This document shows, piece by piece, positions 1 to 8,582 of a DNA stretch of 53,782 nt. Source of the stretch: Candidatus Bathyarchaeota archaeon (GTDB lineage Archaea > Thermoproteota > Bathyarchaeia > Bathyarchaeales > Bathyarchaeaceae); NCBI GenBank assembly GCA_026967815.1, contig JAPUUO010000002.1, positions 1 to 53,782 of the forward strand, written 5' to 3'. Both the position numbers and the translations under genes were made by a program. Each line of letters begins with the position of its first letter. Within the stretch, counting starts at the first letter, position 1. A model generated the notes under the pieces. It searched no databases, was not told the origin of the DNA, and worked only from the letters and a program-made list of their open reading frames with translations.

Positions 1-507
1 TACAATTTCGATCTCAACATCTTTAGGCAAAGCCTCATCCAGTTGGGACAAGAGCACTATTGTATATTCAGGGACGCCATCACCCACTTTAACTATGAAC
101 CTAGTTGCTGGGGTCTTGGTTAAAACATCTAAAACAGCATTTACAGTCTGTTCAACGCTCGAGTGAACCATTTTTTCTAGTAGGGTTCCATTGCTGAGCA
201 CCGCCATTCCAAAGGTCTTGCCTGGGTCAACGCCAACGGTGATCGCATCGTGGTCTCGCTTGGCCTTAACGCTTCTAATAGCTTCGTTTACAATTGTCGC
301 TGGATCCGTCGCTTCTTCAAAAACTATGACATTCGGATGGCTAATGAACTTACGCTCATCCTCTGTCGTTATCACAACTCTAACGCTGACCGGAATTGAT
401 TCATACGGCGTTAAACTCAAGAAAGGCACGTCTTTGGCTTTAAGTTCGTTCACTAGCTGATAGTAGGCTTTCCCAGACACCGTGGCAACTGCTATCTTGG
501 CCTTCAT
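1..507 (-). CDS. hypothetical protein, 3' end truncated by the window edge; possible RNase H-fold (RuvC/YqgF-like) domain
   Basis: Minus-strand frame is open from ATG (505-507) to position 1 (169 codons). It is absent from the ORF track because it runs off the edge. Translation: MKAKIAVATVSGKAYYQLVNELKAKDVPF...AITVGVDPGKTFGMAVLSNG. The VGVDPGKTFG block resembles the first acidic motif of RNase H-fold nucleases. The + ORF 191-460 is its antisense shadow. Confidence 0.5.
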   Translation of the reverse strand, partial: MKAKIAVATVSGKAYYQLVNELKAKDVPFLSLTPYESIPVSVRVVITTEDERKFISHPNVIVFEEATDPATIVNEAIRSVKAKRDHDAITVGVDPGKTFGMAVLSNGTLLEKMVHSSVEQTVNAVLDVLTKTPATRFIVKVGDGVPEYTIVLLSQLDEALPKDVEIEIV

Positions 508-572
508 AATATTTCCTTAATGCTCTAGTACAAGATAAAATTATTAACTTTCACCCTCAGTATCGCTTTACT

Positions 573-1274
573 GTGAACCGCTTGCAAGATAAGATTCCAA
601 CTGGCTGTCAACCTTTGGACAAGATGCTATATGGAGGATTAACTCTTGGAGACGTCACGCTCGTTTACGGAGAAGCTGAAACTGGAAAAACATCCTTAGC
701 AATTCAATGCGCAGTTAACACAGCCAGATCTGGCTACAAAGCCATTTTCGTTGATTCAGACGGCACATTTTCCCCTGTTCGGTTGTCGCAAATAGCGCAA
801 AAGGACACAGAGGAAGTCGCGCCTTCAATAACTCTGGTCAAGCCAACCACTTTTCAGGAGCAAGCCTTGGCCATAGACCGCCTAGACGAATACCTGACGA
901 AAACAGTAGGCATAGTGATCGTTGACACCGTAACGTCACTCTACCGATTGGAATTGGGTCAACCTAAGAAAACATTCACACTTAACAGAGAACTTGGAAG
1001 ACAAGTAGCAGGCTTGGCCCAAATCGCAAAAACCCGCAAGTCAGCAGTTCTCATCAACAGCCAGGTTCGAAACGTGTTTCTACAAGGTGCGGTAACAATG
1101 GAGCCCGTCGGCACACGCGTGCTGAAATTCTGGGCGGATACCGTGCTCAACCTGAAACTGACGGGTCAGTCGCGCATGCTGAAAGCTGTTCTTGAAAAAC
1201 ACCCACAGCGAAAACGATCTACCAGTTGTTATTTCACAATAGGAAAAACTGGAATCCGCCGTCACCGACGCTAA
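573..1274 (+). CDS. radB: DNA repair and recombination protein RadB (RecA/RadA paralogue)
   Basis: 233 aa, GTG start. Walker A GEAETGKTSLAIQCAV, followed by IFVDSDGTF and VIVDTVTSLYR blocks typical of short RadA paralogues. Confidence 0.8.
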   Translation: MNRLQDKIPTGCQPLDKMLYGGLTLGDVTLVYGEAETGKTSLAIQCAVNTARSGYKAIFVDSDGTFSPVRLSQIAQKDTEEVAPSITLVKPTTFQEQALAIDRLDEYLTKTVGIVIVDTVTSLYRLELGQPKKTFTLNRELGRQVAGLAQIAKTRKSAVLINSQVRNVFLQGAVTMEPVGTRVLKFWADTVLNLKLTGQSRMLKAVLEKHPQRKRSTSCYFTIGKTGIRRHRR

Positions 1275-1309
1275 CTTTATCTTCTTTCGGATAAATACTA
1301 GGCGAGAAC

Positions 1310-1840
1310 ATGCAGACAATCATCAACAACATTATCTATGCCTTCTACTACATTTTCCCAGCCTACGTCGCCAATGCTATGCCAGTCATATTTGGAGGAG
1401 GCCACCCCATAGATGCGGGCAAGCTCTTGTGGGATGGAAAGCCCATATTGGGCTCAAACAAAACTGTACGAGGCTTCTTTGCTGGCTTATTAATTGGCAC
1501 GTTCACGGGTTTCGTTCTAAGTCTTCTCTACCAGCTTGACGGTTTTCCCCAAGACTTTCTGTTTCAATATGACTTTTGGCTTGGCTTTATGCTCTCTCTA
1601 GGAGCCTTAACTGGCGACCTGTTTCATTCTTTCATTAAGAGAAGGTTAGACATTTCTCCAGGTTCGCCTCTTCCAGTAGCAGATCAGCTTGACTTCGCTT
1701 TAGGGGCCATCCTCTTTTCCATCGTGTTTTACCCGCCGCCTTGGTACATCGCCGTTATAATCATAATTGTAACACCGCCCATACATCTTTTAACAAACTT
1801 CCTTGCCTATCTCATTGGCGCTAAAGGAAACCCATGGTGA
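1310..1840 (+). CDS. carS: CDP-archaeol synthase (CarS, DUF46 family)
   Basis: 176 aa polytopic membrane protein. Blocks FPAYVANAMPVIFGGGHPID, NKTVRGFFAGLLIG and GDLFHSFIKRR are characteristic of the CarS family. Confidence 0.8.
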   Translation: MQTIINNIIYAFYYIFPAYVANAMPVIFGGGHPIDAGKLLWDGKPILGSNKTVRGFFAGLLIGTFTGFVLSLLYQLDGFPQDFLFQYDFWLGFMLSLGALTGDLFHSFIKRRLDISPGSPLPVADQLDFALGAILFSIVFYPPPWYIAVIIIIVTPPIHLLTNFLAYLIGAKGNPW

Positions 1841-1933
1841 AAGGCAAAATCATCCAGGTGAAACTCTTTTTCAACCATCTGTCTTGATTGTTGAGCTACA
1901 ATTGCTGAACCAGGTAACTCCTTATTTGCCTCT

Positions 1934-2362
1934 CTAAGTCGTAACCGTAAGCTTTGACCACAACAGATTCTCAACGTAGATATAAGCGACAAGGAGAAAA
2001 ACTACGCCAGTTAACAGCAGAATGTAAGCTTGGCGAGGTTTGTAGGCATATTTCGTGCTTTGATACATCAAAAAGACGCCGAAAAAGCCAATGGCATATG
2101 AAGTCATCACCAAGAGGCTTTCAAGAACCGCTTGTTCATGCACTGAGTAAGGATAGAAGAAGAGAATTCTACTTCCTATGGGAATAGCTATGAGAGGCTC
2201 CGCCAAGAGGTCGTACACCCCACCGCCGAGGAAAAAAACAGTTGCTGCAAGTAACACGAAGGCTGTAACAAATATAGAGGGTTTAGCAGTTGCTATTTTT
2301 CTTATTGCCCTCTTCAACCGAAACCCAAACGACGAAAGCCTCTTTTTAGTCCGACCTGCCAA
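1934..2362 (-). CDS. small 3-TM membrane protein, OSTC/DC2 (OST3/OST6 superfamily)-like
   Basis: 142 aa: basic N-terminus, then three hydrophobic helices. The block FFLGGGVYDLLAEP...FFYPYSVHEQAVLESL...GFFGVFLMYQS parallels human OSTC ([16 protein letters not shown]...[13 protein letters not shown]...[11 protein letters not shown]) in order, spacing and overall length. Confidence 0.55.
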   Translation of the reverse strand: MAGRTKKRLSSFGFRLKRAIRKIATAKPSIFVTAFVLLAATVFFLGGGVYDLLAEPLIAIPIGSRILFFYPYSVHEQAVLESLLVMTSYAIGFFGVFLMYQSTKYAYKPRQAYILLLTGVVFLLVAYIYVENLLWSKLTVTT

Positions 2363-2369
2363 GTTCTGT

Positions 2370-2618
2370 TCACTCCTTGTCCTTCAACAGACGCTCAGCC
2401 ACTTCTTTTGCCCAAGCGCCTGTAAATGGATTTTTCACAATCTCATTTAAGTATTGTTCCCAAGACACGTCAGCAGCATGTTTCCAAATCTCAAATTTCT
2501 GCACTACACTAGCATAGGCTTTCTTATGTAACTCGCAATATTCATTTCTTGCCTCTCTGCTGCAACATTTGCATCTCAAGACGTTTCCTCCTTTCTTCTT
2601 TTTTTGGGCAGTCTTCAT
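2370..2618 (-). CDS. small Cys-rich hypothetical protein; true start probably TTG at 2579
   Basis: 82-aa ORF. Its 5' part overlaps the topA 3' end. GGAGG lies 7 nt upstream of the in-frame TTG at 2579, which would give MRCKCCSREARNEYCELHKKAY... followed by helical-looking sequence. It fills an otherwise empty 170-nt gap in the same orientation as its neighbours. Confidence 0.45.
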   Translation of the reverse strand: MKTAQKKKKGGNVLRCKCCSREARNEYCELHKKAYASVVQKFEIWKHAADVSWEQYLNEIVKNPFTGAWAKEVAERLLKDKE

Positions 2619-4686
2619 TAAAACAAAGCGTCCATGGCCGACGTCCCTTCGTTTTTACGATCAACGTGGGCCAGCCGCAGCCTTTACAAGGCTTGTGTAA
2701 CGGCTTAACCGTTCCTCGTTGTGGAAGCGGAAACGATGTTTGACAGAGGTGTTTGAAGTAGTTTGTGCAACCGATGAACCGTTTTCGAGTTTTTCTCGAG
2801 TATAGTACCATTAATTTGCCTGTGTGACAGGTAGGGCACTCACCCACCAATCTCTCATGGATTCGTGACCGTTTAATGGCATTGCTCAACACTTCACCTA
2901 TGACTGCTTCACTCTGCTTCAGCTCTTCCAACATAGGTTTAAGTCCTTCAACAGCTTCAAAGAGGACCTTTTCCCTTTCTTCACTGCCTGTTTGAATTCG
3001 CTCCATCTTCTCTTCAAGTTCACGAGTAAGCTCCACAGAGATAACTCCTGGACAATATCTATGAAGAACATCAATTATGTCGAAACCCAAGTCGGTAACG
3101 ACCATTCTTTCTTCAGCTATGTACTTTCGGTTATACAAAGTTTCAATTGTGTCGGCTCTTGTAGCCTTTGTTCCAATTCCATCCTCCTCCATTTTCCTCA
3201 ATAGACTGCTAGGATTGTAGCGGGGAAGCGGCTTCGTAAACTTGTCTTCACACAGTACCTTTTTCAACTGAATAATCTCCCCTTCTTTCAAAGGCGGCAA
3301 CAACACTTCTTCGGTTCTTACATAAGGCTTGTAAAATTCCATCCAGCCTTCCTTCAAGACGCGCCTTCCTCGCAAGTGAAAGCGATGCTCATTCACGTTC
3401 AAGGTAGCCTTTATGCTTTGTTTAACTGCCGGTTCACCGAAAACTGCCATAAAGCGCCTCGCAACGAGATCCCATATTCGCTTCTCCGGATTGGAGAGGG
3501 ATCTTTCTGGAAGATTCCCAGTCGGATAAACTGCTGGATGCGCGGGGTCTTCTTTGGCTCCTTCTCTTGGTTTCAATTCGTCTACTTTGAGAAGTTCAGA
3601 AGCAAGGCGTTTATAGGCTCGTTCCTTGCTTAGACCCTTCAAAATTGCTTTGTAGTCTATCACAGAAGGCAGTTTTTGGCTGCTTGTTCTGGGATAAGAA
3701 ATTAGGGCTCCAAGGTATAAGCGCTCAGCGATGCTCGAGGTTTTTCTCGGCGTGTATCTAAAAAGACTATAGGCTTCAGTTTGTAAAGCTCCGAGATCAA
3801 ATGGAATTGGAGGCTTCTGCTGAGTTCTGTTCTTTTCGATTGTTTCGATTTTGCCAGCTTTTCCCTTACATGTTTTTACAACTGCTTCTGCGTCCGCCCT
3901 TCTCTTTAAGGTCGTCTTTTCATATTCTGCCTCGTACGTGGTTCCTTCTATGTCAACTGTAGCTCCTATGCTCCAGTAAGGCGTAGGAACAAAACTACGA
4001 ATGCTTTTTTCTCTATCCACCAAAAACTTCAGGGTTGGTCCCTGAACCCTACCAGAGCTAAGTGTGGCATACTTTCCGCTCCAACGTTTTGCAGCAAGAG
4101 TCAGAGCTCTAGAGATATTTATGCCGTAGAGCCAGTCAACTTCGTGTCGTGTCCTTCCAGCTTCAATTAAGCCGAAATCCAGTTTGGGCAAGGGTTCACT
4201 GTAGGCCTTTTCCAACTCTTTCTTGGTTAAAGTAGAAAACCTCATCCTCTTGGCTACGTCTTGCTTGTTTTCACAAGCGTATCTGAGTAAGCAATACCCG
4301 ATTAAGCTTCCTTCAATGTCATAATCACACGCATCGATAAACTCTTCAGCGTTGTCCGCAAGTTTGGATACAACCTCAATCCATAAGCGACTCTGTCCTG
4401 CGCTTTTTTCAGCTAGGTAGCGCGGCGCCCATTTGAAATTAAAAACCGGATAGTAATTTCTCCCTTTCCCAACGTGTACAACCGTGTAAAGATGCCCTAG
4501 AGCGGAAACAACAACCAGAGGCTTGTCTCGTTTGGCTAGGAAATAAGGCACATTTTTCTCTTCGACTTTCGTTGGCTTACCTTTCTGGTCAAGCGCTTGT
4601 GCTATACGTTGGGCAGCACTAGGCTTTTCCGTAATGATAAGCGTATACTTCTCCAAACGCGATTCCTTTTTCCTTTCTGAATGCAT
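2542..4686 (-). CDS. topA: DNA topoisomerase I (type IA) with two C-terminal zinc ribbons
   Basis: Toprim start LIITEKPSAAQRIAQAL, catalytic region SYPRTSSQKL, and C-terminal CPTCHTGK...C and CKGCGW...C ribbons. The ORF is open to 4749. Likely starts are ATG 4686 or TTG 4656, given the TTTATAA box near 4695. Confidence 0.9.
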   Translation of the reverse strand: MHSERKKESRLEKYTLIITEKPSAAQRIAQALDQKGKPTKVEEKNVPYFLAKRDKPLVVVSALGHLYTVVHVGKGRNYYPVFNFKWAPRYLAEKSAGQSRLWIEVVSKLADNAEEFIDACDYDIEGSLIGYCLLRYACENKQDVAKRMRFSTLTKKELEKAYSEPLPKLDFGLIEAGRTRHEVDWLYGINISRALTLAAKRWSGKYATLSSGRVQGPTLKFLVDREKSIRSFVPTPYWSIGATVDIEGTTYEAEYEKTTLKRRADAEAVVKTCKGKAGKIETIEKNRTQQKPPIPFDLGALQTEAYSLFRYTPRKTSSIAERLYLGALISYPRTSSQKLPSVIDYKAILKGLSKERAYKRLASELLKVDELKPREGAKEDPAHPAVYPTGNLPERSLSNPEKRIWDLVARRFMAVFGEPAVKQSIKATLNVNEHRFHLRGRRVLKEGWMEFYKPYVRTEEVLLPPLKEGEIIQLKKVLCEDKFTKPLPRYNPSSLLRKMEEDGIGTKATRADTIETLYNRKYIAEERMVVTDLGFDIIDVLHRYCPGVISVELTRELEEKMERIQTGSEEREKVLFEAVEGLKPMLEELKQSEAVIGEVLSNAIKRSRIHERLVGECPTCHTGKLMVLYSRKTRKRFIGCTNYFKHLCQTSFPLPQRGTVKPLHKPCKGCGWPTLIVKTKGRRPWTLCFNEDCPKKEERRKRLEMQMLQQRGKK

Positions 4687-4737
4687 AGAAGTTATAAATA
4701 GTTTGTGTGCTTCTATTTCAGATACTATGGAAGTGAT

Positions 4738-4905
4738 GTGTTGCCTCAACGAATTCTTTGTAATAATTGTGGTGCAATTCTCTTTGAAGGCATGGACTTA
4801 ACCCCGCCAGATGAAATTGTACAACGCTTCGATGGCAAATGCCCCAAATGCGGCAAGAAACTATCTTTTAATCCCATAAACGTTGACATTAAAAAGATAA
4901 AATAG
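4738..4905 (+). CDS. small zinc-ribbon protein (CxxC...CxxC)
   Basis: The ORF track gives 4705-4905. The conserved-looking core is ILCNNCGAILFEG...DGKCPKCGKKLSF. GTG 4738 is the first start clear of the topA promoter region. It is divergent from topA. Confidence 0.45.
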   Translation: MLPQRILCNNCGAILFEGMDLTPPDEIVQRFDGKCPKCGKKLSFNPINVDIKKIK

Positions 4906-4949
4906 TTAAGATTTTATTCTTCCAAAGCTAACATGACAGAGGGTTTAAG

Positions 4950-6104
4950 TTGGCAGAGCCCACGCAAAGAACCCACCTCTACAGATTTCACAAGCAAACT
5001 GGCAAAATGACGCTATTTGCCGGCTTTGAAATGCCCCTCTGGTACAAGGGGATAATCCCAGAGCACATGGCTGTGCGCAACAACGTTGGCATATTCGACA
5101 TCAGCCATATGGGAAGGACAATAATCAGCGGTTCAGAAAGTGAAGCTTTTCTAAACTATGTAACAACCAACAACGTTTCACGCTTGACCCCTCTCTGCGC
5201 GCATTATTCTACAATGTGCAATGAGCAGGGCGGAGTCAAAGATGATTTCGTCCTCTCAAGGCTTGAACCCGAAAAGTTCTTCATGGTCTATAATGCCTCC
5301 AACAGAAAAAAGGACTTTGAATGGCTCGTTCAAAATTCCAAATCCTTCAAAACAAAGGTTGAACATGTTTCTGACAACATCGCTATGTTCGCAGTGCAAG
5401 GACCTAAAGCCGAGCAAACCCTTCAGAAGATAGCTAACTCCAACCTAAGCAAAATCGAACGATTCAAATGCGGCTGGACCAAGCTTGAAGGGGCAACAGT
5501 GTTTCTTTCACGAACAGGATACACAGGTGAAGACGGGTTTGAAATATTTGTCTGGGATACTCCACTCTCAAACCCAGCCAAGGCAGAAAAAGTTTGGAAC
5601 GCCATCCTAGAAGCTGGCAAAGAGTTTGGAATTGAACCTTGTGGCTTGGGTGCAAGAGACACACTACGGTTGGAAGCAGGCATGTGCCTCTATGGTAATG
5701 ACATTGACGAAAACACAACGCCACTAGAAGCCAGACTAGGCTTCGTTGTAAAACTGAAGAAGGAACGGTTCATCGGCAAAGATGCTTTACTAAAGCAGAA
5801 AACTGAGGGAGTTAAGAGAAAACGTGTAGGCTTGCGAATGCTAGAGAAAGGCATCCCTCGTCCTCATTATGAGGTTTGGAAGAGCAGCCAAAAGATAGGA
5901 CAGGTAACAAGTGGCACGTTCTCTCCTGTTCTGGAATGTGGAATAGCCGTGGCATACGTGCCCACCGAGCAAGCGGTTGAAAACTCAACAGTTATGGTTA
6001 AGATAAGAGATAAGCTTGCCAAGGCAGAAGTGATTAGGTTCCCGTTTTACGACTCGTCAAAGTATGGCTACAGGAGGCAAAGCAGTGCGAGTGTTGGATT
6101 ATGA
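4950..6104 (+). CDS. gcvT: glycine cleavage system T protein (aminomethyltransferase)
   Basis: 384 aa. Blocks FAGFEMPLWY, VGIFDISHMG, SRTGYTGEDGFEI and GLGARDTLRLEAG are classic GcvT motifs. Confidence 0.9.
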   Translation: MAEPTQRTHLYRFHKQTGKMTLFAGFEMPLWYKGIIPEHMAVRNNVGIFDISHMGRTIISGSESEAFLNYVTTNNVSRLTPLCAHYSTMCNEQGGVKDDFVLSRLEPEKFFMVYNASNRKKDFEWLVQNSKSFKTKVEHVSDNIAMFAVQGPKAEQTLQKIANSNLSKIERFKCGWTKLEGATVFLSRTGYTGEDGFEIFVWDTPLSNPAKAEKVWNAILEAGKEFGIEPCGLGARDTLRLEAGMCLYGNDIDENTTPLEARLGFVVKLKKERFIGKDALLKQKTEGVKRKRVGLRMLEKGIPRPHYEVWKSSQKIGQVTSGTFSPVLECGIAVAYVPTEQAVENSTVMVKIRDKLAKAEVIRFPFYDSSKYGYRRQSSASVGL

Positions 6105-6492
6105 CATTCCAGACGATCTTTACTATTCAAGGGAACATGAATGGGTCAGTGCAAAAGGCAAAACTGCAGTTATTGGAATAACAGACTACGCACAAAAATC
6201 GCTCCATGAAGTAGTCTACGTGGAAACCCCGAAGGTTGACAACCAAATCCAGCAATCCCAGTCCATAGGCTCAGTTGAATCTGTAAAGTCAGTTTCAGAT
6301 ATCTTCACTCCCGTCTCGGGCAGAATAATCGAGATTAACGAGGAACTTGCGGAAAGCCCTGAACTCGTAAATCAAGACCCGTATGGAAAAGGATGGATTG
6401 CAAAAATTCATTTAGCAAACTTTGATGAAGATATGAAGAAGCTTCTGACCGCCAAGCAGTATGCCAACTACATTAAAAGCCTTGAAGAATAA
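6064..6492 (+). CDS. gcvH: glycine cleavage system H protein (lipoyl carrier)
   Basis: Blocks YSREHEWV, GITDYAQ, and the lipoyl-lysine motif VESVKSVSDI. An alternative start, GTG 6085, lies 7 nt after GGAGG (6073-6077) and would shorten the overlap with gcvT. Confidence 0.9.
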   Translation: MATGGKAVRVLDYDIPDDLYYSREHEWVSAKGKTAVIGITDYAQKSLHEVVYVETPKVDNQIQQSQSIGSVESVKSVSDIFTPVSGRIIEINEELAESPELVNQDPYGKGWIAKIHLANFDEDMKKLLTAKQYANYIKSLEE

Positions 6493-6506
6493 GAGACGCT
6501 GCAAGC

Positions 6507-7280
6507 TTAGCTAATATAGGTTATTCGTTCTTCTTCGGTCTTGCGCTTTTTCCGAGCATACTCTTCTCTTCGATGTTCGATTTCCCGCATTTTAGCCACA
6601 ATCTGCTTGGACTTCTTGATCTCCTTATCCAGGTCACCTATGTCCATCTTCATATCAAGCATTTTTTGCAGAACCTCCAGAACACTCTTGGCAGCTAAAG
6701 GGTCAGGCAGGTAGCCTCGTGTTTCTCCCAGCAGGCATACAGCATCTATGTTTTGAAATTTCGCCAATCCTAAAAGCAGCCCAGCTGTGCCCACAATTGG
6801 ATTGCCAGATGAACTCGCCAGCGCATTTGCCTGCAAAGCTTTTTTCAAGACGCCAGGGTTTGTGGAAACAGCCACTACTTGAGGTTTTTTTTCAACTTCT
6901 TTTCGGTAGCCACCAAGTGTAACAATCAGTTTGGTGTTCAGTTTGGAAACGAAGTTGAGAATACAACTTGAAACCTCATACTGACCTTCAATGGTTTGTG
7001 CTTGGCTATCTCCCGTTAAGAAGATGAAGTCGGTTTCGGCATTGTGGTTTTTCGAGAAGTAGAAGTTGCCTCTGAGAAGTCTTACACTTCCCTTCTTGTT
7101 TACGTGCACGTAGTAGGGAAAATGCGGTGAATAGAGCTCAGCGAGTTTTTTGGCTTTCAACTGCTTAATAAGGTATCTAGTTGCAATTCTCCCAACCATC
7201 CCAAGTCCGGGAAGCCCCTCAATTAGTATGGGGTTCTTTAGCTTGACCTTCATTTTTTCTTTGACAAATGTTTCTTTCAT
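6507..7280 (-). CDS. PAC2-family proteasome assembly chaperone (paralogue 1)
   Basis: 257 aa. N-terminal NPILIEGLPGLGMVGRIA is the PAC2/DUF75 hallmark. The C-terminus is a charged coiled tail ending ...RITYIS. ATGA start/stop overlap with nop10. Confidence 0.8.
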   Translation of the reverse strand: MKETFVKEKMKVKLKNPILIEGLPGLGMVGRIATRYLIKQLKAKKLAELYSPHFPYYVHVNKKGSVRLLRGNFYFSKNHNAETDFIFLTGDSQAQTIEGQYEVSSCILNFVSKLNTKLIVTLGGYRKEVEKKPQVVAVSTNPGVLKKALQANALASSSGNPIVGTAGLLLGLAKFQNIDAVCLLGETRGYLPDPLAAKSVLEVLQKMLDMKMDIGDLDKEIKKSKQIVAKMREIEHRREEYARKKRKTEEERITYIS

Positions 7281-7438
7281 TGAATTTCAGCCCTCATTGC
7301 ACCTTTATACTTGGCATATTTGTCATCTGGCGAAAACTTTGCAGGATGGGGAATATGAACATTACCTCCACAATAGGGACACTTCTGATTCAACGTGTAA
7401 TTTTTACACTTCTCACATCTTCTAAGCAACCAAACCAT
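7277..7438 (-). CDS. nop10: H/ACA RNP protein Nop10
   Basis: 53-aa ORF below the ORF-track cutoff: MVWLLRRCEKCKNYTLNQKCPYCGGNVHIPHPAKFSPDDKYAKYKGAMRAEIQ. It has the Nop10 zinc ribbon plus the PxxFSPxDxY motif. TAATG overlap with the aIF2-alpha stop and ATGA overlap with the PAC2 start. Confidence 0.85.
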   Translation of the reverse strand: MVWLLRRCEKCKNYTLNQKCPYCGGNVHIPHPAKFSPDDKYAKYKGAMRAEIQ

Positions 7439-8229
7439 TATTTTCCCCTATGGAAGGTGCCTGTTCCTCCAGCCTTCGTTATGTTCTTTATGGCGGTTTC
7501 CGTGGCTTTTTCAAGAACCTTCTCAGCTTTCTTGTAATCTTCCGCTGAAACTTCTATGCGATACTTTGGCGGTGCAACAACATATACCCGAACGCTTGTT
7601 CCAGAAGACTTTTCAAATTTTTCAGCGCTCAAGAGAGCCTTACGAATACGAACCACGCCATCAGGCTTCACACATTGAAGCTCAAGTGTTCCTTTTATCG
7701 TGATAAGAGGAAGTTTTATTTTTTCTTTAACGATCTCGGCTATTGCAGCGGCTAAGTTCTTGGGAACCCCCAGTTCTAACAGAACGTCCGGACCTTCTCT
7801 CGCAGTTCTCGCCAAACCCCAGTACAATTCACCAAATTTCTCTTCAATGAGAACCCCAGCTTTTTCATGAACCTCTTCGACAGGTATGTCTAGCTTTTCG
7901 GAAACACTGCGGAGAAGCCCTTCGGCTTGTCTGTCTTTCTTCCAGGCGAGAAGCTTTTCTCTTCTCGCTCGTTTAGTTACTCTTCTAAGTGAGAGGTCTA
8001 CATGTTCCTTTTCGACGTTCACTCGTAAAACTTTCAACACGGTTTTTTGTCCTTCACGTATAAAAGAACGGATGTTTCGAACCCAGCCAGAGGACAATTC
8101 AGATATATGCAACAAACCTTCCTTTCCATATTCATCAAGAAAAACGTACGCACCATAATTAGTTACGTTTTGTATAGAAGCTATTACCAAGTCGCCAACT
8201 TCAGGCCACTCAGGTTTTTTAATAGGCAT
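7438..8229 (-). CDS. eif2a: translation initiation factor aIF-2 alpha subunit
   Basis: S1 domain begins MPIKKPEWPEVGDLVIASI...GLLHISELSSGWV. ATG 8229 is preceded by GGAGG. The ORF track extends to 8325, but that extension overlaps S27e. Confidence 0.9.
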   Translation of the reverse strand: MPIKKPEWPEVGDLVIASIQNVTNYGAYVFLDEYGKEGLLHISELSSGWVRNIRSFIREGQKTVLKVLRVNVEKEHVDLSLRRVTKRARREKLLAWKKDRQAEGLLRSVSEKLDIPVEEVHEKAGVLIEEKFGELYWGLARTAREGPDVLLELGVPKNLAAAIAEIVKEKIKLPLITIKGTLELQCVKPDGVVRIRKALLSAEKFEKSSGTSVRVYVVAPPKYRIEVSAEDYKKAEKVLEKATETAIKNITKAGGTGTFHRGK

Positions 8230-8245
8230 GGTGCTCCTCCAGTTT

Positions 8246-8443
8246 TCATTCCAAAACGGTAATAATTTCGCCGTTAATTGCAGCCTTTCCACCGGTTGGC
8301 TCAGCAATAACCGTTCCACAAACATTACAATTTACAACATTGGTCACATGGCTGAAAACAATCTGCTCATTACCGCAGTCTGAGCATTTGACTCTTAAGA
8401 ATCTGCTTCTGGGTCTTGGAATAAGTTTCTCCCATTCACTCAA
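8246..8443 (-). CDS. rps27e: 30S ribosomal protein S27e
   Basis: 65 aa, TTG start. Block [18 protein letters not shown]....CNVCG is the S27e zinc ribbon. Confidence 0.9.
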   Translation of the reverse strand: MSEWEKLIPRPRSRFLRVKCSDCGNEQIVFSHVTNVVNCNVCGTVIAEPTGGKAAINGEIITVLE

Positions 8444-8547
8444 GTCTTTTCATCTCCTCTCGTCAAAGCGAGCTTTTGAGACGCATCCTCACAATTGAAT
8501 GGTTTCAAATACTCACCAGCCGAGTGGTATAGAACAACCTTCATGGT

Positions 8548-8555
8548 TATTTATA
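8548..8555 (-). promoter_or_regulatory. candidate TATA box (TATAAATA) with A-rich BRE upstream of the S27e operon
   Basis: The minus strand reads GAAAAAGTATAAATAACC, about 100 nt upstream of the S27e start. Confidence 0.3.
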
Positions 8556-8582
8556 CTTTTTCAAGGGCAAGTAACTAGTGCG

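Noticed and set aside
191-460. 89-aa + strand ORF at the window start
   Set aside because: It lies entirely antisense to a longer minus-strand frame (1-507) that has a proper ATG and protein-like sequence. Its low-complexity S/T/L-rich translation is typical of a shadow ORF.
8440-8544. 34-codon ORF ([34 protein letters not shown]) upstream of rps27e, where rpl44e is usually found
   Set aside because: It has no resemblance to L44e (no CxxC zinc ribbon and far too short). The TATA-like box lies only a few nt upstream of its ATG, so it is probably 5' UTR.
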